NCBI GenBank assembly: GCA_012295275.1
Contig: CM022678.1
Span: 1,550,001-1,614,000 of the forward strand
Direction: 5' to 3'
Source of the DNA: Chrysomallon squamiferum
Taxonomy: Eukaryota > Animalia > Mollusca
DNA: 64,000 nt
Shown here: one piece after another, positions 12,423-27,182 of the stretch
How the letters are laid out: each line of letters starts with the position of its first letter
Position numbering within the stretch: position 1 is the first letter of the stretch
The notes under the pieces: generated by a model
Told to the model about the DNA's origin: nothing
The model's database searches: none
The model's input: only the letters and a program-made list of their open reading frames with translations
Program-made: the position numbers and the translations under genes

Positions 12423-13081
12423 GTAATAAAAAAAAAAACAACAACAACAAGGTAATGTTACTATGGTAACGTAGAGATTATGGACGATAAGACTGGGGTG
12501 GCGGTACAAAGCAGTCTTTGTAAAGACTTACAAATGTTACCATCACCATCACTGCTACAGCTACTACAGCAACCATTACTACTACTGCTACTGCTATTAA
12601 ACCTGGCTAGCTTCGGACTGGATTTGTTGGATTTCTCGATACAGAGTACATTTTTTCTTAAAACATAAAATGAACAAGGAAAAATAAAGAATGAAATCGT
12701 ATTTAAACGTTACAAATTAATACAATTAAATTATTTGTATAGAATAACATTTTTCTCTAGCAACTAGTTTAGCCATGATAATGAATGAAAATGAGAGTAA
12801 ACTGAAACAAATAATAATTTACTGTCATAGGATCACACGTTCACAGCAACCCCCCCCTCACTTGAACTGGCTTTCCGGAAACTTAACAAAACTCGTCTAG
12901 CAGAAAAAAAAAAAAGCCATTTAAAACGGTTCGGTATCCGTGCTACTACTGGTACACCATTATTACAATAACTGCTGCTGCTGCTACTACTACCACTACT
13001 TTTAGTTATAGAACTACTGATTATGATACTAATAATACGAGATCTGGATACTGATGCCTGAATTGTTGGTTTTTCTCTCTC

Positions 13082-13759
13082 TCAGCACAAATGTTTTTTG
13101 AAAAATTCTTTCATTCGTTGTTTTGCGAGGCGATCAGATTTGTCGTCGTAGCCGGGGGAGGTCTTGTTGGTGAAGGCGTGGGGCGCGTCGTACATGTAGA
13201 ATTCAGAATTCACCTTTCCCCTCTCCAAGTCGTCTTTCAGCTGCTTCGCCTCCGCCGGCGACGAGAACCCGACGATTTCGTCTTTCTCTCCAAAATGGCA
13301 CTGAATCGGAACTTTGATTTTCGACGGGTCGCAAAGCTCTTTTTTGGGAACTCCGTAGAAAACGACGCCCGCGCTGACCTCCGGCACAAGACAGCAGGCG
13401 GCCACGGTGAGGGCACCGCCCATGCAGAAGCCGGTCACGCCCACCCTGCCGCACCCCAGTTTAATCAGGTGGCGAGCGCAGGCCTGGATGTCTTTAACCG
13501 CCCCGGGCCAGTCGAGACCGGTCATCAGGTGTCCCGCATCTTCGTGGTTTGTCGCCAGTTCGCCTCGGTAAAGATCGGGAGTGATCGTAGTGAATCCGGT
13601 CTGCTCGCCTATTTCCTTCGCGGTGTCTTGTATCTGCTGGTTCAAACCCCACCATTCCTGGAGCACCACGACTCCGGCTCTGCTGCTGGAAGCGTTTTCA
13701 AAGAGGACGCAAGGAATGTCGCCTTTCGCGTTCTCAGACGAAACTCGCACTTTGCTCAT
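13082..13759 (-). CDS. Dienelactone hydrolase family protein (Usf-like), paralogue 2, 225 aa, intronless CDS
   Basis: Same motifs (LQEWWGLN, GVTGFCMGG, HFGEKD, PHAF); first ATG at 13759 follows acceptor TTTCAG ending at 13783. Confidence 0.93.
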   Translation of the reverse strand: MSKVRVSSENAKGDIPCVLFENASSSRAGVVVLQEWWGLNQQIQDTAKEIGEQTGFTTITPDLYRGELATNHEDAGHLMTGLDWPGAVKDIQACARHLIKLGCGRVGVTGFCMGGALTVAACCLVPEVSAGVVFYGVPKKELCDPSKIKVPIQCHFGEKDEIVGFSSPAEAKQLKDDLERGKVNSEFYMYDAPHAFTNKTSPGYDDKSDRLAKQRMKEFFKKHLC

Positions 13760-14428
13760 TTTCAAAAGTTGGCGTAACACGGCTGAAAATTAAAATTTCA
13801 CTTACATGTTATTTCACTGACGTTTTAGTGTTTACATTTATTTCAGTAATTACAGTGTCGTAAATAACTGCAACAACAACAACTAGTGTTAACTAAACTC
13901 TTATTATTATTATTAGTTATATTGTTGTTGCTATTCCTGTGTTACTGCAACTACAACTACGACAGCTATTACTATAACTAAAATTATTACTATTACAATT
14001 ACTGCTACTGCTGCTGCTGCTGCTGCTGCTATTCCTGTGTTACTGCAACTACAACTACGACAGATTATTTTTATTACTATTAAATCACAACCACTGTTAC
14101 TACTACAGCTAATGCCACTTCGGATAGTTTTGTCACCGCTACAACCACTGTTACAACAATGGCTACCACTGCAACCACTACAACAATGGCTACACTACTG
14201 CTACGACAACTAGAATTGTATGTCAGCTGTTTATTGAATCTTAAATAACTTTAATTTTAAAAACATAACAGAGACAGACAGAGAGACAGACAGACAGAGA
14301 GAGAGAGAGAGAGAGAGTACTGACAAAATTTTTAAATAATAAAGATATAGATTCAAAAAAAAAAAAAAAAAAAACCACACAAAAAAAACGTGTTTTCACT
14401 TTCCAAGTATAATTTTTAAATATCTCAC

Positions 14429-14600
14429 CTAGTTTGTTTTTCTCCCGAACGTTTTTTTTTTTTTTTTTTTTTTTTTAAGTCCTTTTAATTCGAGCTTCAC
14501 CTTTTCGCTCTTTCTTTTTCCTCTTTTCTTGCCTGTATTTCTGTTTTATTCCCTTGTTTAAGTTATCACAGTTATCATCACAAAACTAACTTGAACACGC
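14429..14600 (-). other. Probable non-coding first exon of DLH paralogue 2 (5' end approximate)
   Basis: Minus-strand donor TAG|GTGAGA at 14429/14428; CpG-richer promoter-like patch at 14600-14800. Confidence 0.4.
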
Positions 14601-15100
14601 GTCAAGCTAACACAATCACCTATCACAGATTTGAGCTCGGAACACGTCACAGATGTATCACAACGTTCGATATTCTTCTGATGAGGTGAAGAGGCCTGAC
14701 GTCCAGCGACCTTGACCTGAATGTCATAAGTAGGCTCAGGCGATTTGGTAGGTGACACCCCTAAGCGAGAATGTGCAGCGACAAACATCGACATTGTTAG
14801 CCTTGAACTGGAGTAGCAGAAGTCAGTAGCAGTTTTATTTATATTTTTATTTTAAATTGAAGTTTTTGGGGGAGGAGGGTATTTTTGTTTTATTATATTT
14901 TATTTATTTTATTTTATTTATTTACTACTACTACTACCACTACTACTACTACTACAACTACTACTACTACTACTATTGGTATTATTATCATTGCTATTAT
15001 TACTATTATTATTACTATTACTAATATTGCTGTTGCTATTATATTATTACTATTACTATTATTATTACTACTATTTTTATTATCTTATTATTACTATTCC

Positions 15101-15151
<51 letters not shown>

Positions 15152-16069
15152 TGCTGTTATTACTATTTACTATTTCTTTTTTAAATTAATTAATTGATTG
15201 TTTTATTATATTTTATTTTATTTTATATTCATGACAAATACATTACTGTTAGTCCGATCATTATTATTACCAAAAACAAAGGAAAGAGAAAAACAAAACA
15301 AACAAACAAACAACAACAGCACATCAAATCAGTTGTGTTTCCAATGGTAACAGAAAGCATTGAAATAATGTCAGCTTTTTCTTGTCCTTGGAATCAAAAC
15401 GAGGTTACAGCTGAATTCTGAGTAGTATTGACCGGATCTTTATCGAATTTCCTACAAAACCGACTTTTTTCATAAAACAAAATAATTATAAATTCGTGTT
15501 TCGTATTATACGAATTATTGAAATATAGCTGTTTGATGATGCAAATACTAATAATTTGATCATAGTATCGGGATATATCTGAATTAAAACCCGTATGTAT
15601 GTGTCCGTAAAAATACATACGTCTAATATACATGTAGCTTAATGACTGCGGTGCTGTCTTACGAAAAGGAGGAAAATACAAAAAATATTTGTGATTGTCA
15701 ACCATTGAATGCGGAAACGTACGAATAGAAGGTAGTTTCGATTAATTAGAAATTGTGAAAGTAAATAATAACCCAGACGATACACAGGTACATAAAGACA
15801 GAGAACTAAATGTTACAATCGTTTGTTTTCTCTGCATGTTTACTGCTCTTAAATTTAAGAGAAGACTGTTTCGTTTTGGTGTCAAAAATTACTACAAAGT
15901 GGGGTTAAACAACTTGGTATTACGGAAACTAAATAAATACTTTTATTTTTTTTATTATTATTTTTTTTACATCTTTCTGTCTTTCTCTGCATCATCATCA
16001 TTCTCTCTGTCTCTTTTTTTTTCCCTCCTTTTTAATTTTTTTTTTAAATTCGTATTTTTATTTCAGTTA

Positions 16070-16430
16070 ATGGCAACGTCATCAGACATGAGTGATAAGA
16101 AATTGTGCTCACTGTGTAAAAAAGAATTAACCGAAGATATCAGAGCTCTTCCCTGTGGAGATGCATTCTGTAGCAGTTGTCTCAGTGGTAGCGACACATC
16201 ATCATCATCGCCGTCGTCGTCAGAATCGACCTTATTGTGTCCTTGTTGCAAGAAAATAATTAATGAACCAAAACCAGAGGAGAGGCAAGCAAACGATGAG
16301 CAGGTGAGAACTGAACTCTCGGAAATAAAAGACAGTTTGGAAATAAGTTCTTCAGAAAGTGAGGATCAGCTGAACAAAACTGAACAGCTTCAAACAACTT
16401 CAAATGATGATGAGGGCCAATCAAGTGAAG
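16070..16430 (+). CDS. RING-finger/coiled-coil (TRIM-like) gene, coding exon 1 with RING domain
   Basis: Acceptor TTTCAG at 16066, ATG at 16070, CSLC-x12-CGDAFCSSC-x19-CPCC, donor AAG|GTAATG (phase 1); upstream UTR donor CAG|GTACAT at 15787/88. Confidence 0.8.
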
Positions 16431-16495
16431 GTAATGGTTTGTTGCTATGGTTATGCATTTATTAATTTTGGTAGTAGGAAAATACTAGTGAAAGA

Positions 16496-16566
<71 letters not shown>

Positions 16567-16882
16567 CCTCTCCCTCTCTCTCTCCATTATATTTCATCTT
16601 TTTTATTTTTTAATTGATCCTTTTAACTGTTAGCTGCAGTTTTGCACTGACTTCTGAAAAAATTCCTGATAACAACAGAACAGACACACACACAGACATG
16701 CACACATACACAGACACACACACAGACATGCACGCATACACAGGTACACACACAGAACTCAAAAATGCACACATACATTTACACACTGACTCAAATAATT
16801 TTTAAACACAAACAAACACACACATAAACAAAAATACACTCCTTCAAAATTTTTATTTTTATTTATTCATTTTTTTTTGAAG

Positions 16883-17121
16883 AGTTCGCACAAGGGGAGA
16901 CAGACGATGGTGAGAGGAACAGACAGATTCTGGCGAATCTGTGTGACGAGCTGAGAGTGTCCATGCGGATTCTAGAACAAAACATGGAGACGAAGATTCA
17001 GCAGCTACGACAGACGCTGGACAACAGCGCCGTTGAGACAGCTGCTGAAGTTCACAGGAGGGCAGAGGAGCTGATAGCAGAGTTTACTGCATCTGTACTC
17101 GCTCAGCAAGAAGAGACAATA
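16883..17121 (+). CDS. RING/coiled-coil gene, coding exon 2 (predicted coiled coil)
   Basis: Acceptor TTTGAAG; phase-1 join gives EFAQGETDDGERNRQILANLCDELRVSMRILEQNMETKIQQLRQ...QQEETI; donor ATA|GTAAAA. Confidence 0.75.
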
Positions 17122-17915
17122 GTAAAAACATTTTATTATTTTTATAATAACTTATTTTGTAATAAGTGAAACCATTAATTATTTGAAATTTAATTTATAA
17201 TAACTTATTTACAATTATTTTATATCCGTAATGATTTCATTTTGATTTTATGGAAATGGTACAAAACATATTAATGAAAAGATTAGAACCTTTATTTGAA
17301 AAAAAATATACAAAAACAACTTTTAAGTGGAAGAAAGAAATTTGCAGAAAAAAATATTGAGAAAACAAAGAGAAGGAAAGAAAGACAAAAGAGAAAGAAA
17401 AACAAAAGAGAAAGAAAGATGAAAGAAAAAAAGACACAGACCTAAGAAAATAAATGATACACAAGAGTGACAGATGAACTCTTGTTACAAATTTGTAATT
17501 GAAGTGTATATTAGGGAATATGAAGAAATGTTCTGAATATTCTCTGCAAACTTCTAAGTTTATGATTTACTTGTTTTTGGCTGTCAAGTATTAATTTAAT
17601 AACAGAATATAACAAGAAAAATAACAGTTGATGAATATCTGAGTACAGCCATTTTTACCTGGTTGTGACGTCATTGCATTCTAGTTGTACCTGATTGCTC
17701 TTTAATGTTGACCAAAATGACAAAATTTGTAAGTTGAAAGAAAATTATTTATAATTTTGTCATTAAATGGATGCCCAGAATGATAAAAAAAATAATATGG
17801 AACCTGAATCATAATTGGATCATTTTTTCACATCACAAGTGACCTTTAAATTGAAATTGAAAAAAAAAGCAACATAAATATAATGAAAACTCCATTAGCA
17901 AGTTTTATTGTGGAA

Positions 17916-17951
<36 letters not shown>

Positions 17952-17988
17952 ATTAAAATATAATTTTTTTTTAAATTTTTATTTTCAG

Positions 17989-18021
17989 AGATTGTTAGAA
18001 GATGGTTACCTACAAGACTGA
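17989..18021 (+). CDS. RING/coiled-coil gene, probable last coding exon (RLLEDGYLQD*)
   Basis: Acceptor TTTTCAG at 17988, phase 0, TGA at 18019-21. Confidence 0.55.
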   Translation, partial: RLLEDGYLQD

Positions 18022-21000
18022 TGTAAGATGGTTTCCTGGAAGCTTCATCAAATGATGGTTTTATGGAAAACTGACAGCAAGGTATTCTTGATTGAAGGTG
18101 AACTTCTAAGTATGTTGTGTGAACCAAACAAATCACCAACCAGTCCTTTCATACTTAAGTTATTCACACACAGAAATATTTCTCTTGTATAATTATGTCA
18201 GTTATTTAATAATTTAATTTGTTGTCCTATTATGGGATGGCTGAAAGTTTCATACTTGCAGCTGATTGGTTGATAATTTTGGCTGCATGCTGATTATAAT
18301 GTATTAACACGTTTTAATTTAAGTTATTTGTAATTGATACACATTTAAATTCAGTTGTTACAGAAGTGTGATTTTGTAAGAAATATTTGTTAAAAGAAAT
18401 CATTAAATGTTTGTAAAACATTTTTAGATCAACGTTATATTCTACATATGTTAATGTTACAAAGTAATTTTAGTAATGTGTTTATACGGTCACATATTTT
18501 AGTTGCTATAGTTACGTTACTAATAAATGTTTATAAGAGAGACCTATATATAACCTTGTAGTCATTTAGAATGATATTGTGAATAAACAATTTTCTTTTA
18601 AAACTAATAATTTACTTTTATAATTGTTATCTAACTTAAATTTGTTACATGAATGAATGAGTTTTTGTGGGAAAATAAATAAATAAATAAATAAATAAAT
18701 TAATTAATTAAAATTAAAAAAAAAAAATCAAAATAAAGAAACAAAAAACCAAACCATTTAACTAAATTAAATAACAAAAGCTAATATTTACAAACTGTTT
18801 ATATTTATTTTTAGTAATTCACATTTTGTTTTTTGAAATTAAGTATATTTGTGTGTGTGTGTGTGTGTGTTATGTCTGTGATGCTCCAGGAGATAGATAT
18901 GCCTAGAAGAAGCAAAACAAGAAAGATTCCTATACAGTGGAATTATGAAAGCCTAAAGACAGTTAAATTACAAGTCCATTTTTGTTTTGTTTTTCTTAAA
19001 TTTTGATCTGCACTTTCATTAATTTAAATAATTTCTAATCCGGAACACATAAACTAAAACAATAGTAATACTGTTGGATTATAATGAATTAATTTTAATT
19101 TTAAAATCTGTTATTTGTAAGTAAAATAAATCTGTGATGTCAAATTAACCTCAGCCAGTAAGTAAACCAGATAACTGGGGCACTCCTCTAACATTTACAA
19201 AAACGTTTTTTTTTTTTTTTTTTTTCATAGAGTGATCACTATAGAGCATATTTAGTGTAAACTGAATATAAAAATATGAAAAACTCAAAAACTGTTGTCA
19301 TAAAATGATGTTTTGGGTAGATAAGGGTTAAACCTGGCTATAGAGAGATGAACTTGAAAAACAGTTTCACAAGCTGCAGTGTCAGTGTTGACTTTGTGGG
19401 CGAATTGTTCTCTAAATCTGTTGACAAATACACTACAGCATGTCAGAGTGTGCTGTGATCCAATTGTTTAATCTGAACCTGTAAATCTCTGTGTAAACAT
19501 TGTTATCTTCGTAAGTTACCTTTTTTTTTTTGGAGATGTAAAACATTCTGATCATGTTGAAAAAAAAAAGAAAAAAAAATTAGAAGGATGAAAAGCTGTG
19601 AGAATGAAACTACAACAACAAAATAATAATGATGATGATGATGATGATGATAACGATAATAATAATAACAGCATAATAATAACAAAATAATAATAATAAT
19701 AATAATCTGAAAATAAATGATAGTAATAAATAATAAATACTAGTAAATAAATAATAGTAACAATAACAATAATAATAACAACAACAACAATGATGATGAT
19801 GATGATGATGAAAATGACAAAAACAAAGGAAACTGTCTCATTGTTTTATTGTTTGTAAAGCAGTGACGTAGATTTCAAAGCCCACAGACAGACTTCTCAG
19901 AAATTTGTAAACAATAGCTTTGATCTTCATGAAATCTCCGAAATAATTTCACAAATTATAACAACACAGAGCAAGTCCTAAACACAAAATACAGTGTTAC
20001 ATTTTGCATTAACACAAAATACATTGTTACTGTGTATTAAATGCAAAATTTAATGTAATAGCATGTTTTAATCACATAAAATTAGTGTTCTAACACAGAA
20101 ATTCAGTTATATAAAAATGAATGTAACACAGTTTAAATACAGAATCTGACATTGGTACAGTTTGAATTAAACACAAAAACTTAATGTGACAGTGTAACAG
20201 ATTGTTACAGACTGTAGGAACACAAAAAAAGTGATGTTACATGTTCTTAACTTATTACTGGAGTTTTAACGTTTGCAGTAAACTCATATAAATATAATGT
20301 AACAACATTATAAACATAAAAATAGTACTACAGTAACAGCTTGTTACATTATAAACACAGACATTTAGTGTTAAACATTACACTAAACACAAAATAATGT
20401 AACTGTTTATTACACAAATGCAACATGATCTAACGAAATAAAATGTAAAACAATAAAATGTATAACAATTAGTGTTAAAACAAGAAATAAACAGTTTAGC
20501 ACATCTTTTTCAAACACACAACACAAAAGTTTCATATTTGCACAGTAATATGATTGTAAGTACATGTGTATGTATGTGTGTGTGCATGTATGTTTTCACA
20601 GTATATGATTATTAACTTATTAAAATGGATAACATGAAATATCAAATTTGAAAACAGTAGTTTTCAGATGGAATGGTAAATGTTAAGAGAATCAAAGACA
20701 AATTACTGTGTTTGTTTTTCTATGTATATGTACATATACGTACGTTTGTGTGTGTGTGTGGGGGGGGTTCCCAATCTTGCCATAACCTTTTATTTAAATT
20801 ATATTTTCTGCTGATCCCAGTTTAAATTTTAAATTTTTTTTTTTTTAACTTGAGACATTTTAACAACAGTGTTTTTCATCAAACAATAACAACTAAATGA
20901 ACCAGGGTGACAAATATCAGAATAAAAAGCATTCTTTTTCAAAGCAGTGTTACATCTACTCTCAATACCTACCTGTTATTACTATTTACTTATAGTAGAA

Positions 21001-22545
21001 GGTATATATATATACTTTCTTTTATTTGGGAATCTTTATTTATTCTCTTGGGTTTACGATCAACTAGTTTATGTCTGTGAGTGTATTTATGTGTGTCTGT
21101 GTATGTGAGTTAATGTATGTCTGTCTGTGTATGTGAGTGTTTTTATGTGTGTCTGTGTATGTGAGTTAATGTATGTGTGTATGTGGTTAAGTTTGTAAAG
21201 TGTAAAGATGTTTCTGTCAAGTAACTGTTTATAGAAAATTATCATAAAACTCTATTTAATTCATACTTCTGCTTTTCTTAACTGTTCTATAAATGTTCAC
21301 TGTGTATTTTAACTTCTTTATATACTTTGACTATTAACAGAAAATAAAAAACGAGAAAGCAACAAGCTATCATTAATGTTTAATCTAGATTTGTAAATCT
21401 GTGAGTTTTGTCTGTTGATGATATTTCTAAGCGACAAGTTGTGTGTGAGTATACAACAAACACAATTATACAAAAGACTAAATTCTTAGGTGAAATGAAT
21501 ATGAATAATATAAAGATACTGATAATAATACAAGGTAAATAACTTACACTGTAACTCTAAAGTTACCCTGTTAAAATGTTACTAATAAATGCCACACTAC
21601 ACACACACACACGTATAGACAAACATATATATTTATATACATCGAAGTATGTATGTATATATGTATATGTATGTCTGTGTGTGTGTGTGTGTATGTGTGT
21701 GTGTGTGTTTTTAAAACAACAAGCAGACACAAAAACAGCAGTATTATACAAAATAGTTGTATCATTCGTAAGTCCAGTTTCTAATCATCTTCATCCAGTG
21801 ATTTTATTATGAAGATATTATGCTTATTTTCTTAATATCCTGATATGTTCCTATCCTTTGAAATATCAAGTATCTAGTTAGTGTATCCTGTTTCCATGAC
21901 AAACAGTAACATTAAGCCATTTAATGATTTGAGTGTAAGACAGTCTATAAATGCAAACTGTATCTGAGCCTAAAGAGGTTTTAAATGCTCCACATGTGAC
22001 AGTAATTAAACAGCAACAACAGAAAAGAAACCAGCTGATTATGGACAGATATATATTTTTTTTGTATGTCACAAAGAATGATGTAATAATTGATGTAATA
22101 ATTTATATAATAATAAATGTAGTGTAATAGTTTATTAACAAAACAGAAAAAAAGTTAATAAATAAATAAATAATAAAAAAAAAATTTAAAAAAAATTTAT
22201 AAAAAATTTAAAATGAAATTCACAACTCTTTGATACAAAATGCCTTTAAAGTTTAACAAATTTATACAACTGAAGAAATTATTTCATTATAATGATTAAA
22301 AATTTCAAAATATACACACACAAACAAAAGTGTACACTGTAAACACCATTGTCAACAAAGACATCTATTTACAAAACACTCACAGAAATGTAAAGCAAGC
22401 AGCTTTTAAATTAATTTTCATAATTATTTTAATTTTATTTTTACCACTTCACTTATGAAATGGTTTTTATACACAAATGATTAATATTAAAAACATTTCT
22501 TTTGACTTTCAACCCAGAAAGACTTAACAAAAACATAATAATATA

Positions 22546-22602
<57 letters not shown>

Positions 22603-23860
22603 TAACAATAATAATACAAAAAAAAAGAAAAGAAAAAAGATGTAAATAATATTTAAAATAAAAAAAATATCAAAATGGATTTTAATTCTTTGTAACTAAA
22701 TTGTTAAATTTCACTTTACTTAACAACTGGCTAAAAGAAAACATGAAAATTTGTTTCTACTCTTCCTAAAATGTTTTTAAAAATAATCACTGTAGAAATC
22801 CTTTACATTTGTTTTTACTGTTAATTAATGTATTATCACAGATGAACACAGACAAATATATTATTTCACTAGTTCTGTACATTGTGTATGCCACAGTGAC
22901 TCATCATATACAAAATGTTATTTCTACGTGTGATAACTGGAAAGTTCTCAGTTCACAAACAATATGTTGCATTTTTAAAAAGAATATTTAGTCAGTATGT
23001 TTGCACTCATTTTTTTTTTTTTTTTTTTTTTTTCAGTTTTTAGATAGTTTATTAAAGTTAAAAGATTTTGAAAATTCAAAATTATGCAATTGTGGAGAGG
23101 GTCAAAGCACAAATTTTAACAAGTGGACAGTCCCAGTTTGAAATCAGGTTTATTTTGTTACAGGACATAACATAGTTAAGTATGTACAGGTATGTAAATA
23201 TATCTGTAGGTATGGTGATATACCTACTTTAGTTTTGATATGTGTCTTGGTAATGAATATTAACAATAGTAAAATTCACATAGTTGCTGGGTTTTATATA
23301 CATAAATAAACAGGTTTTAAGTTAAACACAAATACAACACACCATTGCTTAGTCAAAGTTTAATCTTTTTAATTAACCTTTTTTAAAAATTTATTTAATA
23401 TTCAGTGAAAATCTGCTCTATTCTTGAAATGCTGAAAATAATGTTTTTCTTTTTTAGATTGATTGAAAAAATTATTTCATTAACACTAATATTTAAATAC
23501 TTATTAAGAATTGAGTTTTTAATTTTAAAATATTTATCTGTATATGTGCGTGTCACTATATACTTAATATTGTTCTAACAATTCTAAGTTTTAAGATTGA
23601 CTTAAATTAACTTTTTGTTTGTTTTTGCCATTCAAAGATTTTCTGTTTACCTGTAATATAAACCAGAATCTGAAACTGTTAAATGGAATGTCTGAATATT
23701 GAAAATATTTACACAAGTTAATTTATGTTAGAGAAATAAATTATATGTACATGTTTGTGAAGAAGAAAGTAATTTAATTTTTAGATATCTGATGTAAAAA
23801 TTTAACATCTGCTTTTATAAATATTTCAATAAATCCTATTTAAAGTTATATAATAAATAA

Positions 23861-23900
<40 letters not shown>

Positions 23901-25159
23901 CAAAAGAAAAAACAACAACAAAATATTGTTTATTTGGAAGCCAATTTGTTAATTCAGATTTTTAAATTTTTTTTTTTTGTGGAAATTGAAGCCTTTGTAA
24001 CAATAATAAATAATTGACAAAATCTTATATATTTTAAAATTAAAATAAAAATCATTGATAAATAAATAAAATATAAAATAATAAAATAATAATAATAATA
24101 AAAAACAGAAACCTCTCCCCAGTTAGAAACACAGATAAAACAATATTATATTTTTATAACTGACTAAATTAAATTTTAACAATTCTCACTGAAAACAATC
24201 ACAAAGCTACCCTCCTTCACAACTCGGAAATCAAACAAAAACATTTTTTAAAAATATCACAATGTTAAAACAGATGGAAGTAATTACATCGATGGCAATG
24301 AAGATAACTTGATATATTAAACTTGAAACTAACAATACGCTAAACTTGACATCAACAAGACATTACACTTAATAAATTACTTTATACTCATAAATTAACA
24401 TCAATTATTTTTGAGAAAAAAACTGTAAAAATATTACTGATTTTTGATAAAAAACTGAAAAATAGTAATGATATCTTGATAGTTATTAATTTTATACTTG
24501 ATTAATTACTTGTCTTATACTTGATAAATTAAATATTACTGATATCTTAATAGTTATTAATTTTATACTTGATAAATTTTGCTTGATAACTGACAAAACA
24601 TCGCATGTACTTCTGATAAAGTACGTCACAGAATTACATCAGTATTTGTGTGTTGTATTTTTAATGTGTTTATGAGTATGTTTGTGTTCATTTTACAACA
24701 TATTTTGATTAAATCAGTCATACAACAGACATATATATCTATATATACACACACACACACATATATATGTATGTATGTACATATCTATAAACTAAAGGAG
24801 CTAAATAAAATTGCACAGACAGTAAACAGCTACGCTAGATCAGAAACCAGTTTCAACAAGACAACAGCTACTTTTTGATAACATTTCAGAAACAAATCTG
24901 AATGTGCATTTCATTTGACTTTATCACTGGCAACACATTTTACGAGAAAAACACAAAATTTTAACACACAAACCCTACAGAAATTACTCAGTTACTTTTT
25001 TAAACTGAAGAGACAAAAAACTATTTTGTACAGATATTTTTCAAATGAATTACACAAATGTACAGGAATTATGAGATCATTAAAACATTTGTTTCAGCTT
25101 TCAAAAAGCGATACACACAGATGCAAGCAGCAGGATTAAAAACATCTTTTGATATATTA

Positions 25160-25328
25160 AGGTGCATTCATACTGCATGACTTGTAATAACAGTCTACAT
25201 CTATCCTTTTACTCTAGCTTTAGTAACATATTTTTTTTAGTGTACAAATTTATACAAATAATTCTAAACATTTAGTAACAGTTTTACATTTTCTAAAGCA
25301 GTACAAGTCGTGCAGTATGAACATACCT
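25160..25328. mobile_element. PIF/Harbinger-like MITE, 169 bp
   Basis: ~27-bp imperfect TIRs AGGTGCATTCATACTGCATGACTTGTA / TACAAGTCGTGCAGTATGAACATACCT flanked by a TTA target duplication. Confidence 0.75.
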
Positions 25329-26904
25329 TTAGTTACATTTTCAGCATAAATATTTTTAATATGACATCCAGCTTGAAATAATCAACAGTTTTTAGCAAAT
25401 CACATAAAATGATAATAAAAATTTAAGCTTAATACAAATTTTCATCTTGCTCATAAATTTCTACAAATTCAGCAAACATTAACGCATGCTTTGTCTTGGC
25501 TTTCATAGCGAGGCTAAAAAAAAAAATAAACATTACAGAAACTAATTACAACTTGAAAATGTTTTCACTCAAATGCTTTAGGTTTATGACAGATGTTTTC
25601 AGACAATGCTTTCAGAGATGAAAGGAAAAAAACAACAACATTTGAATAGAGACAGAAAATATCAGTGTCCTTGTTTCAATATATACAAATTAGGTCGTTT
25701 TGTTTAGAGCAAAACTATTTTTCACAAACATGGCTGCCAGTTTTATTCAGCCAATTTGTGAAACAATTGCAACCTTCCCTTGATTAACAGTTAGCACGAG
25801 AAAACAGGACAGATTAGACATCGAAGATGATAAAAAAAATAATGAAACAGCGAAACAGTTCCAAATATTTACTTGGCAGGAATTATCCATGTGATTTTTT
25901 TTATAACAGCTGTCTGATTGGTTGAATATGGTCACATGACTTTCTTCTGTGTGTATTTTCCATCAAGAGTAATTCTACTGACAATATCCAATCATATGGA
26001 TTTTCTTTTTCACTTTCAATCAAAAACATTGCAGAATTTGATTGGCTGGATCAAGATCATGTGATTTTCATCTGAACATTCAGGCAAGAGAAGTGCACCA
26101 TTTCATTGGTTGAATTTAATCATGTGACTTTCTTGTTTATTTTCCACCATCAGCATCATACACCACATTATTATAATTAATTTTTGAACTGTATTTTACA
26201 AACAGGTTTTTTTTCTTTAAGTACAAACTAACATAACATGTATTTCCTATGATTCCAAATAAACATACGATGATAAAGTGACAAAAGTATCAAAACAGAG
26301 AGAACATTCTGTTCCTGGAATCTGTGATTTCTTCTATGTTTAAATTCCACCATTAGGGCTACTGTCCATTACAAGCAGAACAGAATCAAACATTCAAAAC
26401 CATATTACATAAAACTGGGATATTAAACAATAATTTGAATTATTTCATGATTCATCCGGTTATTTCTTGATAAATATTCATAGATATAAAACATCAGTGA
26501 TAAAGTTTAAAAATGAACCAAAAACAGGTCAAATGAACCAAAAACAGGTCAAATGTATCTAAAAAAGTAAAATGTTAATTTCTTTTATTTCAGAGTAAAC
26601 CAGTTATCATCATTTGATGGGTTAGACTTCTCTGTATCTTGTTAATCATGACTGAGCAGGTGATTTTAATTTTAAACATTCTGTCCTGTTACTGGTAAAA
26701 AAAACAACCCAAAAACCGAAAGAAAGTGAAACTCAGATTAGTGCATTCAGTGTTTTCAGTCTGTTGTGGTGTGTATGAAAGTAATCAGAAAGATAATTTG
26801 TCAAATTTCATTTTTCAGCACGACACTGTTATTTTTCATTGCTGATGTCAGTTAATAATCAAAATGAGAAAGTAAAAATGAGAAGAGGTCTGTGAATCCG
26901 CGGT

Positions 26905-27182
26905 CGACTTCAAAATCCTTGTCCTGCTGCTTTGATCAACAACTGTCCTGTGACTTCAACGTCTTTGTTCTACAACTTCACAATCCTTGTCTAAAACTTC
27001 ACAATCCTAGCTCTACAATGTACAAATCCTGATGGTCTAAAAATTTCAAAATCTTTGTCCTACGACTTCGTAATCTCTGTTTGGTGACTTCAATATCCTT
27101 GATTCCTAAGGATAACAGTGAGTTCTAGCAACTTCAGAATCCTGTCTTACAACTTCATAATACTTCATACGACTTCAAAATC
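26905..27182. repeat. Degenerate ~20-bp minisatellite (ACTTCACAATCCTTGTCTACA-like) downstream of the KIF13 stop
   Basis: Recurring ACTTCA..ATC.TTGT motif about 10 times. Confidence 0.7.
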
